This document shows, in pieces, positions 41,331-50,531 of a stretch of DNA of 64,000 bases. The notes under the pieces were generated by a model, which ran no database searches, was not told where the DNA came from, and worked only from the letters and a program-made list of their open reading frames with translations. This stretch comes from an uncultured Planctomycetia bacterium (lineage in GTDB: Bacteria > Omnitrophota > Gorgyraeia > Tantalellales > Tantalellaceae). Positions within the stretch are counted from its first letter, which is position 1, and each line of letters begins with the position of its first letter. The translations under genes were made by a program, and so were the position numbers. The stretch is from positions 267,587 to 331,586 of the forward strand of contig CAZNEE010000001.1 of assembly GCA_964572255.1 (NCBI GenBank), read 5' to 3'.

Positions 41331-42311
41331 ATGAAAAGATATGTCATAAAACGTTTACTCTTTATTATCCCGATGCTCATAGGGATATCCCTGATCCTTT
41401 TTGTGATCATGCATTTTGCTCCAGGAGATCCGACAAGTTTAAGGTACGGATTAAACCCCGAGGTTTCTCAAAGCGCCAGGCAGAATTTTGACAAGATGTA
41501 TGGCCTGGACAAACCTCTCTTCATGCAATATGCGCTTTGGATGAAACGTTTTGTATTGCTTGATTTCGGAAGGTCTTTCATCGATGATAAACCGGTTATC
41601 GGAAAGATAGCGTCACGCCTTCCGGCGACATTGCTTCTTCAGATAAGTTCCCTTATCGTGATATTTATTATTGCGCTGCCGATAGGGATAATAAGCGCGG
41701 TTAAAAGAAATTCTGTTTTTGACCGCATCATGACAGTGGTGGTATTTATAGGTTACGCGATGCCGACTTTCTGGCTGGCGCTTCTTTTGATATTCCTGCT
41801 CGGTTTTAAACTTGAATGGTTCCCGATATCAGGCATGAGCCCGTGGTACACGGCATACCTCGACGGATTCGGTAAGTTCAAGGATCTCATCTGGCATCTT
41901 GTGCTTCCCGTCGCGACTACCGCTTTCGGCGGGCTTGCGGCGCTTTCAAGATATTCACGCTCAAGCATGATAGAAACCCTACAGGAGCAGTATATCCTGA
42001 CCGCAAGGGCTAAAGGGCTTCCCGAAAGACGCGTTATCATGGTGCATGCTTTGAAAAATGCGCTTCTTCCTATAATAACGATACTCGGGCTTACACTGCC
42101 GGGGCTGATCTCGGGAAGTTTTATTTTCGAGACGATATTCGCCTGGCCGGGGATGGGGCGTTTAGGTTATGAAGCGATAATGAGTTATGATTATCCGGTA
42201 GTTATGGGAGTGGGAGCGATAGCAACATTTTTGACGTTATTGGGTATTTTTATTTCTGATGTATTGTATGCGGTCGTGGATCCGCGCATAAGGTTCGAAA
42301 AACATAGATAA
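41331..42311 (+). CDS. Peptide ABC transporter permease (OppB/DppB-like)
   Basis: APGDP, GLDKP, TARAKGL, HALKNA, DPRI. Confidence 0.93.
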   Translation: MKRYVIKRLLFIIPMLIGISLILFVIMHFAPGDPTSLRYGLNPEVSQSARQNFDKMYGLDKPLFMQYALWMKRFVLLDFGRSFIDDKPVIGKIASRLPATLLLQISSLIVIFIIALPIGIISAVKRNSVFDRIMTVVVFIGYAMPTFWLALLLIFLLGFKLEWFPISGMSPWYTAYLDGFGKFKDLIWHLVLPVATTAFGGLAALSRYSRSSMIETLQEQYILTARAKGLPERRVIMVHALKNALLPIITILGLTLPGLISGSFIFETIFAWPGMGRLGYEAIMSYDYPVVMGVGAIATFLTLLGIFISDVLYAVVDPRIRFEKHR

Positions 42312-42341
42312 AAGTGCAAAATTTTGATCAGTTTTAAGTAT

Positions 42342-42371
42342 ATGGCGTGTCACCAAATGGAGCGTCCCTGA
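42342..42371 (-). repeat. 30-bp REP-like repeat, copy 3 (inverted)
   Basis: Reverse complement TCAGGGACGCTCCATTTGGTGACACGCCAT; 23/30 identical to copy 1. Confidence 0.65.
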
Positions 42372-43181
42372 ATGCGGTTAATATTCGGTATAACGATCAT
42401 AACAATAATGATGCTTGGCGCTGTTTTTGCGCCTCTTGTGGCAAGGTATGATCCGCTTGGCATGGATCTTTCACCTGAGGCACGATTGCAGGCGCCTTCA
42501 CGCGAGCATATTTTCGGGACGGATAATCTTGGCCGGGATGTTTTCAGCCGCATGGTTTACGGGGCCCGCGTATCCTTGAGTGTAGGATTTATAGCGGTTT
42601 TTATATCGCTTTCGATCGGTATCTTTCTGGGAGGGCTTAGCGGATATTACGGAGGGAAAGTGGATGCCGTCATAATGAGGCTGGTTGAAGTGATGTACTG
42701 CTTCCCGACGATATTTCTCATAATGATGGTGATAACATTCCTGGGCCCGAGTATTATCAATGTCATGATAGTTATAGGCCTTACAAGCTGGCCCGGGCTA
42801 TGCCGACTTGTACGTGCGGAATTTCTGACTTTAAGGGAAAGAGATTTCGTGTACGCGGCCAAGGTCCAGGGGGTTTCGGATCTTAGATTAATTTTCCGGC
42901 ACATACTTCCTAATGCCATGGCGCCCGTGTATGTAAGCGCTACGCTCAGTGTCGGTGCGGCCATTTTGATCGAAAGCGCTCTCAGCTTTTTGGGATTAGG
43001 CGTCCAGATACCGACACCAAGCTGGGGAAACATATTAACAGCCGGGAAGAATTATATTGATTATGCCTGGTGGCTGACCTTTTTCCCGGGTTTTTCTATT
43101 TTACTTACGGTATTGGGTTTTAATCTTATAGGCGAGAGTTTAAGGGAAAGATTGGATCCCAGACTGAAGGAAAGAAAATAA
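42372..43181 (+). CDS. Peptide ABC transporter permease (OppC/DppC-like)
   Basis: GTDNLGRD, GARVSL, HILPN, LSFLGLG, PSWG, LDPR. Confidence 0.93.
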   Translation: MRLIFGITIITIMMLGAVFAPLVARYDPLGMDLSPEARLQAPSREHIFGTDNLGRDVFSRMVYGARVSLSVGFIAVFISLSIGIFLGGLSGYYGGKVDAVIMRLVEVMYCFPTIFLIMMVITFLGPSIINVMIVIGLTSWPGLCRLVRAEFLTLRERDFVYAAKVQGVSDLRLIFRHILPNAMAPVYVSATLSVGAAILIESALSFLGLGVQIPTPSWGNILTAGKNYIDYAWWLTFFPGFSILLTVLGFNLIGESLRERLDPRLKERK

Positions 43182-43182
43182 A

Positions 43183-43983
43183 ATGGAATCAGATAAAATT
43201 CTCGAGATAAAAGACCTGACAATAGCTTTCGGCAAAAGACGCGTCGTTGATGGAGTCAATCTATCTTTGGGTAATGGCAAGATCACGGCGCTTGTAGGCG
43301 AATCCGGAAGCGGCAAGACAATAACGGCACTATCGATATTGGATCTATTGCCGGCTGCGGCAGAGCGCACCAAAGGCGAAATATTGTTCAAGGGGAAAAA
43401 CATTTTTGATCTAAGATCTGAAGAATTAAGAAGTACAAGAGGTAAAGATATCGGCATTGTTTTTCAGGAACCTTTTACCGCGCTGAATCCCGTCATTCGT
43501 ATAGGGGAACAGATCCGGGAGACAATAGAAGCCCATGAAAGATATCCTGATAATGAGATCTCCGGCCGCATAAACGAGCTTTTACATACGGTAAAACTTA
43601 CGCAGGATGTTGTACTGCAGTATCCTCACGAGCTTTCGGGAGGAATGCGTCAAAGGGTAATGCTTGCCATAGCGCTTTCATGTGATCCGGATCTCTTGAT
43701 CCTTGATGAACCCACGACAGCTTTGGATGTTTCCGTGCAGAAACATATTCTTGACCTGATAAAAAGGATCCAGGGCGAAAGACATTTAGCTGTTTTCTTC
43801 ATTACGCATGATTTTTCTGTTGTGAACATGATAGCGGATGAAGTAAGCGTGATGAAAGAGGGGATTCTTGTGGAAAGCGGACCCAAAGATATGGTACTCA
43901 AGACCCCGCAGCATGAATATACGAAAAAATTAATAGGGTGCATACCCAGACTCGGAGATAAAAGAGAGAGGCTCCCGGCGTAA
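43183..43983 (+). CDS. Peptide ABC transporter ATP-binding protein (OppD-like)
   Basis: GESGSGKT, LSGGMRQR, DEPTTALD, HD. Confidence 0.95.
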   Translation: MESDKILEIKDLTIAFGKRRVVDGVNLSLGNGKITALVGESGSGKTITALSILDLLPAAAERTKGEILFKGKNIFDLRSEELRSTRGKDIGIVFQEPFTALNPVIRIGEQIRETIEAHERYPDNEISGRINELLHTVKLTQDVVLQYPHELSGGMRQRVMLAIALSCDPDLLILDEPTTALDVSVQKHILDLIKRIQGERHLAVFFITHDFSVVNMIADEVSVMKEGILVESGPKDMVLKTPQHEYTKKLIGCIPRLGDKRERLPA

Positions 43984-43985
43984 AA

Positions 43986-44714
43986 ATGGTAGAAGTCAAA
44001 GATCTCAGAAAATATTTCATAAAAAGAAAAGCTTTCTTTGGGACCAAAGCGGAACCCGTAAAAGCGGTGGATGGCGTTAGTTTTTCTGTTGAAAAAGGCA
44101 AAACGTTCGGTCTGGTCGGCGAATCAGGCTGCGGAAAATCCACGGTCGCTAAACTCTTGGTCGGCATACTCGAACCGGATTCAGGCAGTATAGTTATAGA
44201 CGGGGATAAGGACATAGTATTCCAGGATCCTTTCAGTTCGCTGAATCCCCGCATGACGGTAAGAAGCATAGTCACCGAAGCGTTACGTATCCGCGGCGCG
44301 AGTAAAGAAGAGATGGATCGGCGTCTTGACCAGACGCTGAGCCTGGTGAGGCTCAATGAACCCGGCACTTCCGATAAATATCCGCATCAGTTCTCAGGCG
44401 GAGAAAGGCAAAGGATCGCTATCGCAAGGGCCATTATACGCAGGCCCAAAGTACTTGTCCTTGATGAGCCGGTATCAAGTCTTGATGTTTCTATTCAGGC
44501 AAGCATCCTTAATCTCTTAAAAGACTTACAGCAGGAACTTGGCATGACATATATATTTATTTCACATGATCTCAGGATAGTCGAGTTCATGTCAGACACC
44601 GTGGGGGTGATGACCGAAGGCAGATTTGTCGAAGTAGCTGACCGCGAGAAGATCTATTCCGATCCTCAGAACGAATATACCCGCCGTTTACTTGAGGCGA
44701 TCCCGAAAATATAG
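43986..44714 (+). CDS. Peptide ABC transporter ATP-binding protein (OppF-like)
   Basis: GESGCGKST, FSGGERQR, DEPVSSLD. Confidence 0.95.
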   Translation: MVEVKDLRKYFIKRKAFFGTKAEPVKAVDGVSFSVEKGKTFGLVGESGCGKSTVAKLLVGILEPDSGSIVIDGDKDIVFQDPFSSLNPRMTVRSIVTEALRIRGASKEEMDRRLDQTLSLVRLNEPGTSDKYPHQFSGGERQRIAIARAIIRRPKVLVLDEPVSSLDVSIQASILNLLKDLQQELGMTYIFISHDLRIVEFMSDTVGVMTEGRFVEVADREKIYSDPQNEYTRRLLEAIPKI

Positions 44715-44814
44715 CCGAAGTTAGCCATTGATTTTAATATAAAAATTTGGTAAACTGGCTTTTCTAGATTATATATAATTAGTTATTTATGACCCATTAA
44801 ACTAGAGGTGATAA

Positions 44815-46095
44815 ATGGGATATACAGTTTCAGAAAAGATACTTCTTTCTCACGCGATAGGCAAAAAGAATATAGCTCCGGGAGATTTCATACGGGCAAA
44901 GATAGATCTTTGCATGGGTAATGACATAACTTCTCCGATAGCGATAAAGGAGTTCCGTGAACTGGGAAAGAAGAAGGTCTTTAACCAGAAAAGGGTCATT
45001 TTAGTCCCGGATCATTTCATCCCGGCAAAGGACATGAAAAGCGCCAACCAGGCGGCTATTCTGAAAGAGTTTGCCGAAGATTTCGGTATAACCAATTATT
45101 TTGAATTGGGTGAGATGGGCGTTGAGCATGCCCTGGTTCCCGAAAGAGGATTGGTCCTTCCGGGAGACCTTATGATAGGCGCAGATTCCCATACCTGCAC
45201 ACACGGCGCGCTCGGAGCTTTTACAACGGGCGTGGGAAGCACTGATCTCGCTTACGCCATGGCTTTCGGCGAGTGCTGGTTCAAGGTCCCCGAGACGATA
45301 AAGATCGTTTTCACCGGCAAGACCAAAAAATGGGTGGGAGGCAAGGATCTTATACTGCATGCCATCAGTGATCTGGGGGTATCAGGCGCTCTATATAAAA
45401 CATTGGAATTTACCGGAGATACTATCGATACTCTTTCTATGGATGACAGGTTCACCATATGCAACATGGCCATAGAAGCCGGGGCAAAAAACGGGATAAT
45501 CGCGCCGGATAAGATAACCGAGCAATATGTTAAAGCTGCCATAAGAAAATACAAGCCTCAGCGTAAAGCTATAAAAAAAGTTAAAAGCGATAAAGACGCG
45601 GTTTATACCGAAGTCAGAGAATATAACGTATCAAAACTTGAACCCGTAGTCGCGGCGCCGCACCTGCCGTCCAACGGTAAGCCGGTAAGCGAGTTCAAGG
45701 ACATCAAGGTCGATCAGGTGTTTATCGGTTCATGTACGAACGGGAGGATATCCGATCTAAAGCAGGCCGCGGCGGTCCTCAGGAACAGGAAAGTCAATCC
45801 TGATGTGCGGCTGGTGGTTATTCCCGCTACACAGGAAATATATAAGCAGGCTATAAAAGAAGGATACACTGAGATCATCGTAAAAGCCGGAGGAGTCATG
45901 TGTACGCCTAATTGCGGGCCGTGTCTTGGCGGCCACATGGGAATATTATCCGAAGGCGAAGTGGCGGTCTCTACGACAAACAGGAATTTTGTAGGGCGAA
46001 TGGGACATCCGAAAAGTTTTGTTTATCTGGCAAACCCGGCGGTTGCGGCTGCGTCCGCGATAAAGGGCAAGATAACCTGTCCGCACATGTTATAA
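44815..46095 (+). CDS. leuC: 3-isopropylmalate dehydratase large subunit (short, homoaconitase-like type)
   Basis: DSHTCTHG, GSCTNGR, CGPCLG, STTNRNF.GRMG; adjacent to leuD and leuB. Confidence 0.92.
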   Translation: MGYTVSEKILLSHAIGKKNIAPGDFIRAKIDLCMGNDITSPIAIKEFRELGKKKVFNQKRVILVPDHFIPAKDMKSANQAAILKEFAEDFGITNYFELGEMGVEHALVPERGLVLPGDLMIGADSHTCTHGALGAFTTGVGSTDLAYAMAFGECWFKVPETIKIVFTGKTKKWVGGKDLILHAISDLGVSGALYKTLEFTGDTIDTLSMDDRFTICNMAIEAGAKNGIIAPDKITEQYVKAAIRKYKPQRKAIKKVKSDKDAVYTEVREYNVSKLEPVVAAPHLPSNGKPVSEFKDIKVDQVFIGSCTNGRISDLKQAAAVLRNRKVNPDVRLVVIPATQEIYKQAIKEGYTEIIVKAGGVMCTPNCGPCLGGHMGILSEGEVAVSTTNRNFVGRMGHPKSFVYLANPAVAAASAIKGKITCPHML

Positions 46096-46107
46096 AAAGA
46101 GGTATAT

Positions 46108-46602
46108 ATGAAATTAAAAGGAAAAGTCCATAAATTCGGTAATAATATCAATACGGATGAGATAATACCGGCGCGGTATCTGAGTACCTCGATCCCCGAA
46201 GAGCTTGCAAAACATTGCATGGAAGACGCGGATCCTAAATTCGCAAAAAAGGTGAAAAAAGGTGATTTGATCGTAGCCGGTGAAAATTTCGGATGCGGTT
46301 CCAGCAGGGAACACGCGCCGATCGCCATAAAAGCGGCCGGTGTATCCTGCGTGGTAGCAAAAAGTTTTGCCAGGATTTTTTACAGGAACGCCATAAATAT
46401 AGGCCTCCCGATATTTACAAGCAGCGACGCGGCAAAAACCCTTAAATCGGGGGATAGCGTGGAAGTGGATCTTAATAAGGGAAAGATAACCAAAAGCGGC
46501 AGAAAACACGAATTCGAAGTTGAAGTGTTTCCCGGTTTTATCAAGGAGATAATAACCAGCGGCGGCCTTATGGCCTACGCTAAAGGTAAAAGGAAGAAGT
46601 AG
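46108..46602 (+). CDS. leuD: 3-isopropylmalate dehydratase small subunit
   Basis: NTDEIIP, NFGCGSSREHA, SFARIF. Confidence 0.92.
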   Translation: MKLKGKVHKFGNNINTDEIIPARYLSTSIPEELAKHCMEDADPKFAKKVKKGDLIVAGENFGCGSSREHAPIAIKAAGVSCVVAKSFARIFYRNAINIGLPIFTSSDAAKTLKSGDSVEVDLNKGKITKSGRKHEFEVEVFPGFIKEIITSGGLMAYAKGKRKK

Positions 46603-46610
46603 GAGGCGAG

Positions 46611-47663
46611 ATGTACAAAATAGCAGTTTTACCCGGAGATGGCACAGGCCCGGAGGTTGTGAACGAGGGGTTAAAGGTACTGGACGCGGTAGCCAAGAAG
46701 GCGAATTTCAAATATGAAAAGATCATGTATGATCTCGGAGGAGAACGCTACAAGAAAACAGGCGAGATCCTTCCTGACAGCGTTCTTGATGAGCTTCGCA
46801 CGGTCGATGCCATATATCTCGGGGCTATAGGACATCCGGACGTTAAGCCCGGCATACTTGAAAAAGGCCTTTTGTTGGCATTAAGGTTTGCTTTGGATCA
46901 GTATATCAACCTTCGTCCCGTTAAGCTTTATCCGGGAGTCGATACTCCGCTAAAAGATAAAGGGCCGGAAGATATTGATTTTGTTGTTGTGCGTGAGAAT
47001 ACGGAAGGCTTGTATACAGGCACCGGGGGCTTCCTGAAATATGACACAACAGATGAGGTCGCTCTTCAGACTTCCGTGAATACTTATAAAGGAGTGGAAA
47101 GATGTCTTCGTTACGCTTATGAATACACAAAAAGACGCAACAAGAACAATACTTTGACTTTGGTCGGCAAGACCAATGTTCTCACTTATGCGTTCGATCT
47201 TTGGGAAAGAACCTTTAACAAGATGTCCAAAGATTATCCGGGCATTAAAACGGATTATGCTCATGTTGACGCTACATGCATGTGGATGGTAAAAAATCCC
47301 GAATGGTTTGACGTGATCGTAACGGATAACATGTTCGGCGATATCATCACTGATCTTGGCGCCATGATCCAGGGCGGTATGGGTGTAGCCGCGGGCGGCA
47401 ACATCAACCCTGAAGGCGTCTCGATGTTCGAGCCTATCGGCGGATCAGCTCCGAAATATACCGGAAAGAACGTTATCAACCCGTTGGCTGCGATATGCGC
47501 CGGGGGCATGATGCTGGACGAGCTTGGCGAGACCGAAGCGGCGAACATGGTCGAGAAAGCCGTAATGGAAGTTACGGGTACAAAGTTAAAAAGTCTTTCA
47601 GCGGGCAAGATGGGTTATTCTACGACTGAAGTCGGAGACTTGGTAGTAAAAGCACTAAAGTAA
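46611..47663 (+). CDS. leuB: 3-isopropylmalate dehydrogenase
   Basis: PGDGTGPE, NLRP, RENTEG, NMFGDIITD, FEP.GGSAP. Confidence 0.92.
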   Translation: MYKIAVLPGDGTGPEVVNEGLKVLDAVAKKANFKYEKIMYDLGGERYKKTGEILPDSVLDELRTVDAIYLGAIGHPDVKPGILEKGLLLALRFALDQYINLRPVKLYPGVDTPLKDKGPEDIDFVVVRENTEGLYTGTGGFLKYDTTDEVALQTSVNTYKGVERCLRYAYEYTKRRNKNNTLTLVGKTNVLTYAFDLWERTFNKMSKDYPGIKTDYAHVDATCMWMVKNPEWFDVIVTDNMFGDIITDLGAMIQGGMGVAAGGNINPEGVSMFEPIGGSAPKYTGKNVINPLAAICAGGMMLDELGETEAANMVEKAVMEVTGTKLKSLSAGKMGYSTTEVGDLVVKALK

Positions 47664-47675
47664 GAGGAAATTTAT

Positions 47676-48728
47676 ATGCTGAAGAAAAAAGATAAGTATA
47701 ATGTAGCGGTGATGGGCGCGACCGGCGCTGTAGGCGCTCAGTTTATGTCCATACTTGCTGAAAGGGATTTTCCGATCGATGAGCTAAGGCTTCTCGCAAG
47801 CGAAAGGTCTAAAGGCAGGAAGCTTACCTATAAAGGAGAAGAACTTCCGGTGCAAGTTCTTACCAAAGATTCTTTTGGGGGCATAGACATCGTGCTTGCT
47901 TCAGCGGGCGCATCACGCAGTAAGGAGTTTCTGCCTTCAGCGGTTAAAGCCGGGGCTGTATGCGTGGATAACTCCAGCGCTTTTCGTATGGATAAAGATG
48001 TTCCTTTGGTAGTTCCTGAAGTCAACCCGCATGCGATTAAGAAGCATAAAGGCATAATCGCCAATCCGAATTGCTCGACCATCCAGATGATGCTCCCCCT
48101 ATGCGCGATAAAAAAAGCGGCCGGGCTTAAGCGCATAGTTGCAAGCACCTTTCAGTCCGTGTCAGGCGCGGGCCAGGGGAATATACTCGAGATGGAAAAA
48201 CAGGTCATGGAGCTTAGCAGGAAAGAATCGCATTACGGGATAGGCGAGCATAACGTGCCTGAGGGTATGGTAGAAAATTTTTCTCATCAGATAGCATATA
48301 ACCTTATACCTCATATAGATGTTTTCCTGGAGAATCAGTACACCAAGGAAGAGATGAAGATGGTCAATGAAAGCCGCAAGATACTGGAGATGCCGCGTCT
48401 GGCGGTTACCGCAACCTGCGTGAGAGTACCTGTTTATTACGCGCATTCCGAAAGTGTGAACATAGAAACCGAGAAGAAACTCACCCGAGAGGAAGCAATA
48501 GATATCCTAAAAGATTTTCCCGGAATTACCGTTATTGATGAGCCTTCCGAGAACAAGTACCCCATGCCTATAGATGTAGAGGGCAAGGACGATGTATATG
48601 TAGGCCGAGTAAGGGAAGACGAATCAGCCGAAAACGGTATAAACATGTGGATCGTCGCCGATAATCTCCGCAAGGGTGCCGCGCTGAACGCTATCCAGAT
48701 CGCGGAACACCTTATCGCCAATCAATAG
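47676..48728 (+). CDS. asd: Aspartate-semialdehyde dehydrogenase
   Basis: GATGAVG, DNSSAFR, NPNCST, QSVSGAG, DNLRKGAA. Confidence 0.96.
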   Translation: MLKKKDKYNVAVMGATGAVGAQFMSILAERDFPIDELRLLASERSKGRKLTYKGEELPVQVLTKDSFGGIDIVLASAGASRSKEFLPSAVKAGAVCVDNSSAFRMDKDVPLVVPEVNPHAIKKHKGIIANPNCSTIQMMLPLCAIKKAAGLKRIVASTFQSVSGAGQGNILEMEKQVMELSRKESHYGIGEHNVPEGMVENFSHQIAYNLIPHIDVFLENQYTKEEMKMVNESRKILEMPRLAVTATCVRVPVYYAHSESVNIETEKKLTREEAIDILKDFPGITVIDEPSENKYPMPIDVEGKDDVYVGRVREDESAENGINMWIVADNLRKGAALNAIQIAEHLIANQ

Positions 48729-48730
48729 AC

Positions 48731-49489
48731 ATGGCAAGATCACAAGTCACCAGATCCCTTAACATCAAACTCACCATTGCTTACGACGGCACTCACTTTA
48801 AAGGCTGGCAGAGACAGGCCAACGGTAAGACTATCCAGGGAGAGATCGAAAAAGCTATAGAAAAAGTCTTTGGCAAGCATCATGTTCTTTATGGCGCAAG
48901 CCGTACCGATTCCGGTGTCCATGCCAAAGCTCAAGCCGCGAATTTTAAAATAAATTCTTCCATCCCTACAAGTAAGATCCCTACAGCTTTAAATGCCTGT
49001 CTTTCCGAAGACATAGCCATAATAAAAGCGGAGGAAGCCGGGGCGGATTTTCATTCCCGTTTTGACGCTAAAATAAAACATTACAGGTACTTTATCTTGA
49101 ACAGTCGCAATAGAGACCCTTTTAATGAAAAATATTCATGGAGAGTTCCTTACAAGTTAAACGTGCCTCTTGTGCGAAAAGAAGCAAAAGTTTTGATAGG
49201 CAAGCACGATTTCAAGTCATTCCAGGCGACCGATAAGATAGAAAGGTCTTCGGTGAGAAAAATATCCCGCCTTAGCATAAAAAAAGAGAAGAACCAGTTA
49301 ATCGTTGATATTGAAGCTGACGGTTTTCTGTACAACATGGTAAGGAACATCGTCGGTACTCTTGTAGATATAGGAAGGGGATATCTTCCTGAAGGAAGCA
49401 TGAAAAAGATCTTAAAGGCAAAAGACCGCACAAAAGCCGGCCCCACAGCTCCCGCCAAGGGACTGTTTCTCGTAGAAGCGAAATATTAA
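48731..49489 (+). CDS. truA: tRNA pseudouridine(38-40) synthase
   Basis: YDGT.FKGWQRQ, SRTDSGVHA, FLYNMVR, TAPAKGL. Confidence 0.96.
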   Translation: MARSQVTRSLNIKLTIAYDGTHFKGWQRQANGKTIQGEIEKAIEKVFGKHHVLYGASRTDSGVHAKAQAANFKINSSIPTSKIPTALNACLSEDIAIIKAEEAGADFHSRFDAKIKHYRYFILNSRNRDPFNEKYSWRVPYKLNVPLVRKEAKVLIGKHDFKSFQATDKIERSSVRKISRLSIKKEKNQLIVDIEADGFLYNMVRNIVGTLVDIGRGYLPEGSMKKILKAKDRTKAGPTAPAKGLFLVEAKY

Positions 49490-49532
49490 AAAGTTAACAA
49501 ATTCTGTCTTATAATTTTTCTAAAAAAATTTG

Positions 49533-49617
49533 ATAAAAAATAGTAAACCATTCGGAAGGATGGGGCACAAAGCCAGAGGGGGCTAAAGAGGGGAAAGGCC
49601 CAGCCGGCTGCCGTTTG
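49533..49617 (+). ncRNA. GEMM-I (c-di-GMP-I fold) riboswitch aptamer, A20 variant (cGAMP/GEMM-Ib-type), copy 1
   Basis: AAUAGUAAACCAUUC-GGAA-GGAUGGGGCACAAAGCC...CAGCCGGCUGCCG aligns by eye to Vc2 GGGCAAACCAUUC-GAAA-GAGUGGGACGCAAAGCC...AGCGGGGUUACCG; compensatory U22-A45; C44/G83 and A47 conserved; P1 and distal P3 are weak. Confidence 0.85.
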
Positions 49618-49659
49618 GAGCACTACCGTAAAAAGTGTGAAAAAACAGGTTTATTGTGC

Positions 49660-49690
49660 AGACCCAACCTTTTCAATGGTTGGGTTTTTT
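49660..49690 (+). terminator. Intrinsic terminator (riboswitch expression platform 1)
   Basis: AGACCCAACC-TTTTCAAT-GGTTGGGTTT with U-tract, upstream of ATG 49727. Confidence 0.85.
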
Positions 49691-49726
49691 GTCCTGAAAA
49701 TCTAAAAAGAAAGTGAGGTGATTTAA

Positions 49727-50290
49727 ATGAAGAAATTATTAATTGTAGCTGGTATTTTGATAATGATATTTTTAGCAGCAGAATCTTCTAAAGCAGACGA
49801 ATGGGATTCTGTTTCGATAACAGGGATAGATGAAAGGTCTGCACAACTTGAGGTTGAAGGGTCTGACGCGTCCGGGAATTACGACCCAGAAAGTGTTACC
49901 AGATCATCGCCTGAAGGTTTCGTAATAGAATATGACGCTTTTTTTTCGTGGCCCGATGGTAACCCGCCCCCGACCACAGTAGGTGTTGTCAGAATGGCCA
50001 TGGTTGGTTATCCTGAAGTAGCCGAAGTTCCTATTGCTGGAGTTGTGTTCGTTGAAACACCCCCTGGCAGCGATATTTACAAAGGTACATATACCACCAC
50101 ACATTATGATGGGACGGGGACATGGATAGTAGAAATTGAATTTCAGATTAACGATCATACTTTTCCAGCTGATAATGAATATTATGCTACTGTAAAAGGA
50201 ACATTTATACCTGAACCAACAACAATCATATCGCTCCTATTAGGCGGATTAGGTTTGGCGGTAAGAAAAAGATTTAAGTTTTGGGGATAA
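49727..50290 (+). CDS. PEP-CTERM sorting-domain surface protein 1
   Basis: Signal peptide; C-terminal IPEPTT + hydrophobic TM + RKRFK. Confidence 0.9.
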   Translation: MKKLLIVAGILIMIFLAAESSKADEWDSVSITGIDERSAQLEVEGSDASGNYDPESVTRSSPEGFVIEYDAFFSWPDGNPPPTTVGVVRMAMVGYPEVAEVPIAGVVFVETPPGSDIYKGTYTTTHYDGTGTWIVEIEFQINDHTFPADNEYYATVKGTFIPEPTTIISLLLGGLGLAVRKRFKFWG

Positions 50291-50423
50291 GATAACATAA
50301 AAGGTCATTTTAGATGAAAAAGTTCATAAAAAAGAACTTAAAATTCTTTAATGGGTTTTTTGTCTAAGTCATTTCAAAAAAACCACATAGAACACTTCTA
50401 AGAAAACACATCGAATACTTCAA

Positions 50424-50446
50424 AACTTAACAAATTTTGTTAAGTT
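50424..50446. promoter_or_regulatory. Perfect 11-1-11 palindrome, candidate operator
   Basis: AACTTAACAAA-T-TTTGTTAAGTT; partial copy at 49491-49507. Confidence 0.5.
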
Positions 50447-50462
50447 ATTATTAATAGAAAAT

Positions 50463-50491
50463 TTGCGATTATTATAATTATATGGTATACT
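50463..50491 (+). promoter_or_regulatory. Sigma70-type promoter with extended -10, upstream of riboswitch 2
   Basis: TTGCGA (50463-68), 17 bp, TGn-TATACT (50486-91). Confidence 0.65.
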
Positions 50492-50531
50492 TTAAGTGAA
50501 AGTAAAGTGAGAAGTTTTTTGACAATCTATT

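Noticed and set aside
44715-44814. Leucine attenuator or T-box upstream of leuC
   Set aside because: No Leu-rich leader peptide, T-box motif or terminator; only a weak IR in AT-rich sequence
50352-50385. TGGGTTTTTTGTC, matching the tail of terminator 1, as a third riboswitch remnant
   Set aside because: No aptamer or 5' stem arm upstream; the match is short and low-complexity
50514-50526. GTTTTTTGACAAT as a -35 (TTGACA) or boxA-like antitermination site
   Set aside because: No suitably spaced -10 (it would fall inside the aptamer), the boxA similarity is loose, and it is not clearly conserved in cassette 1
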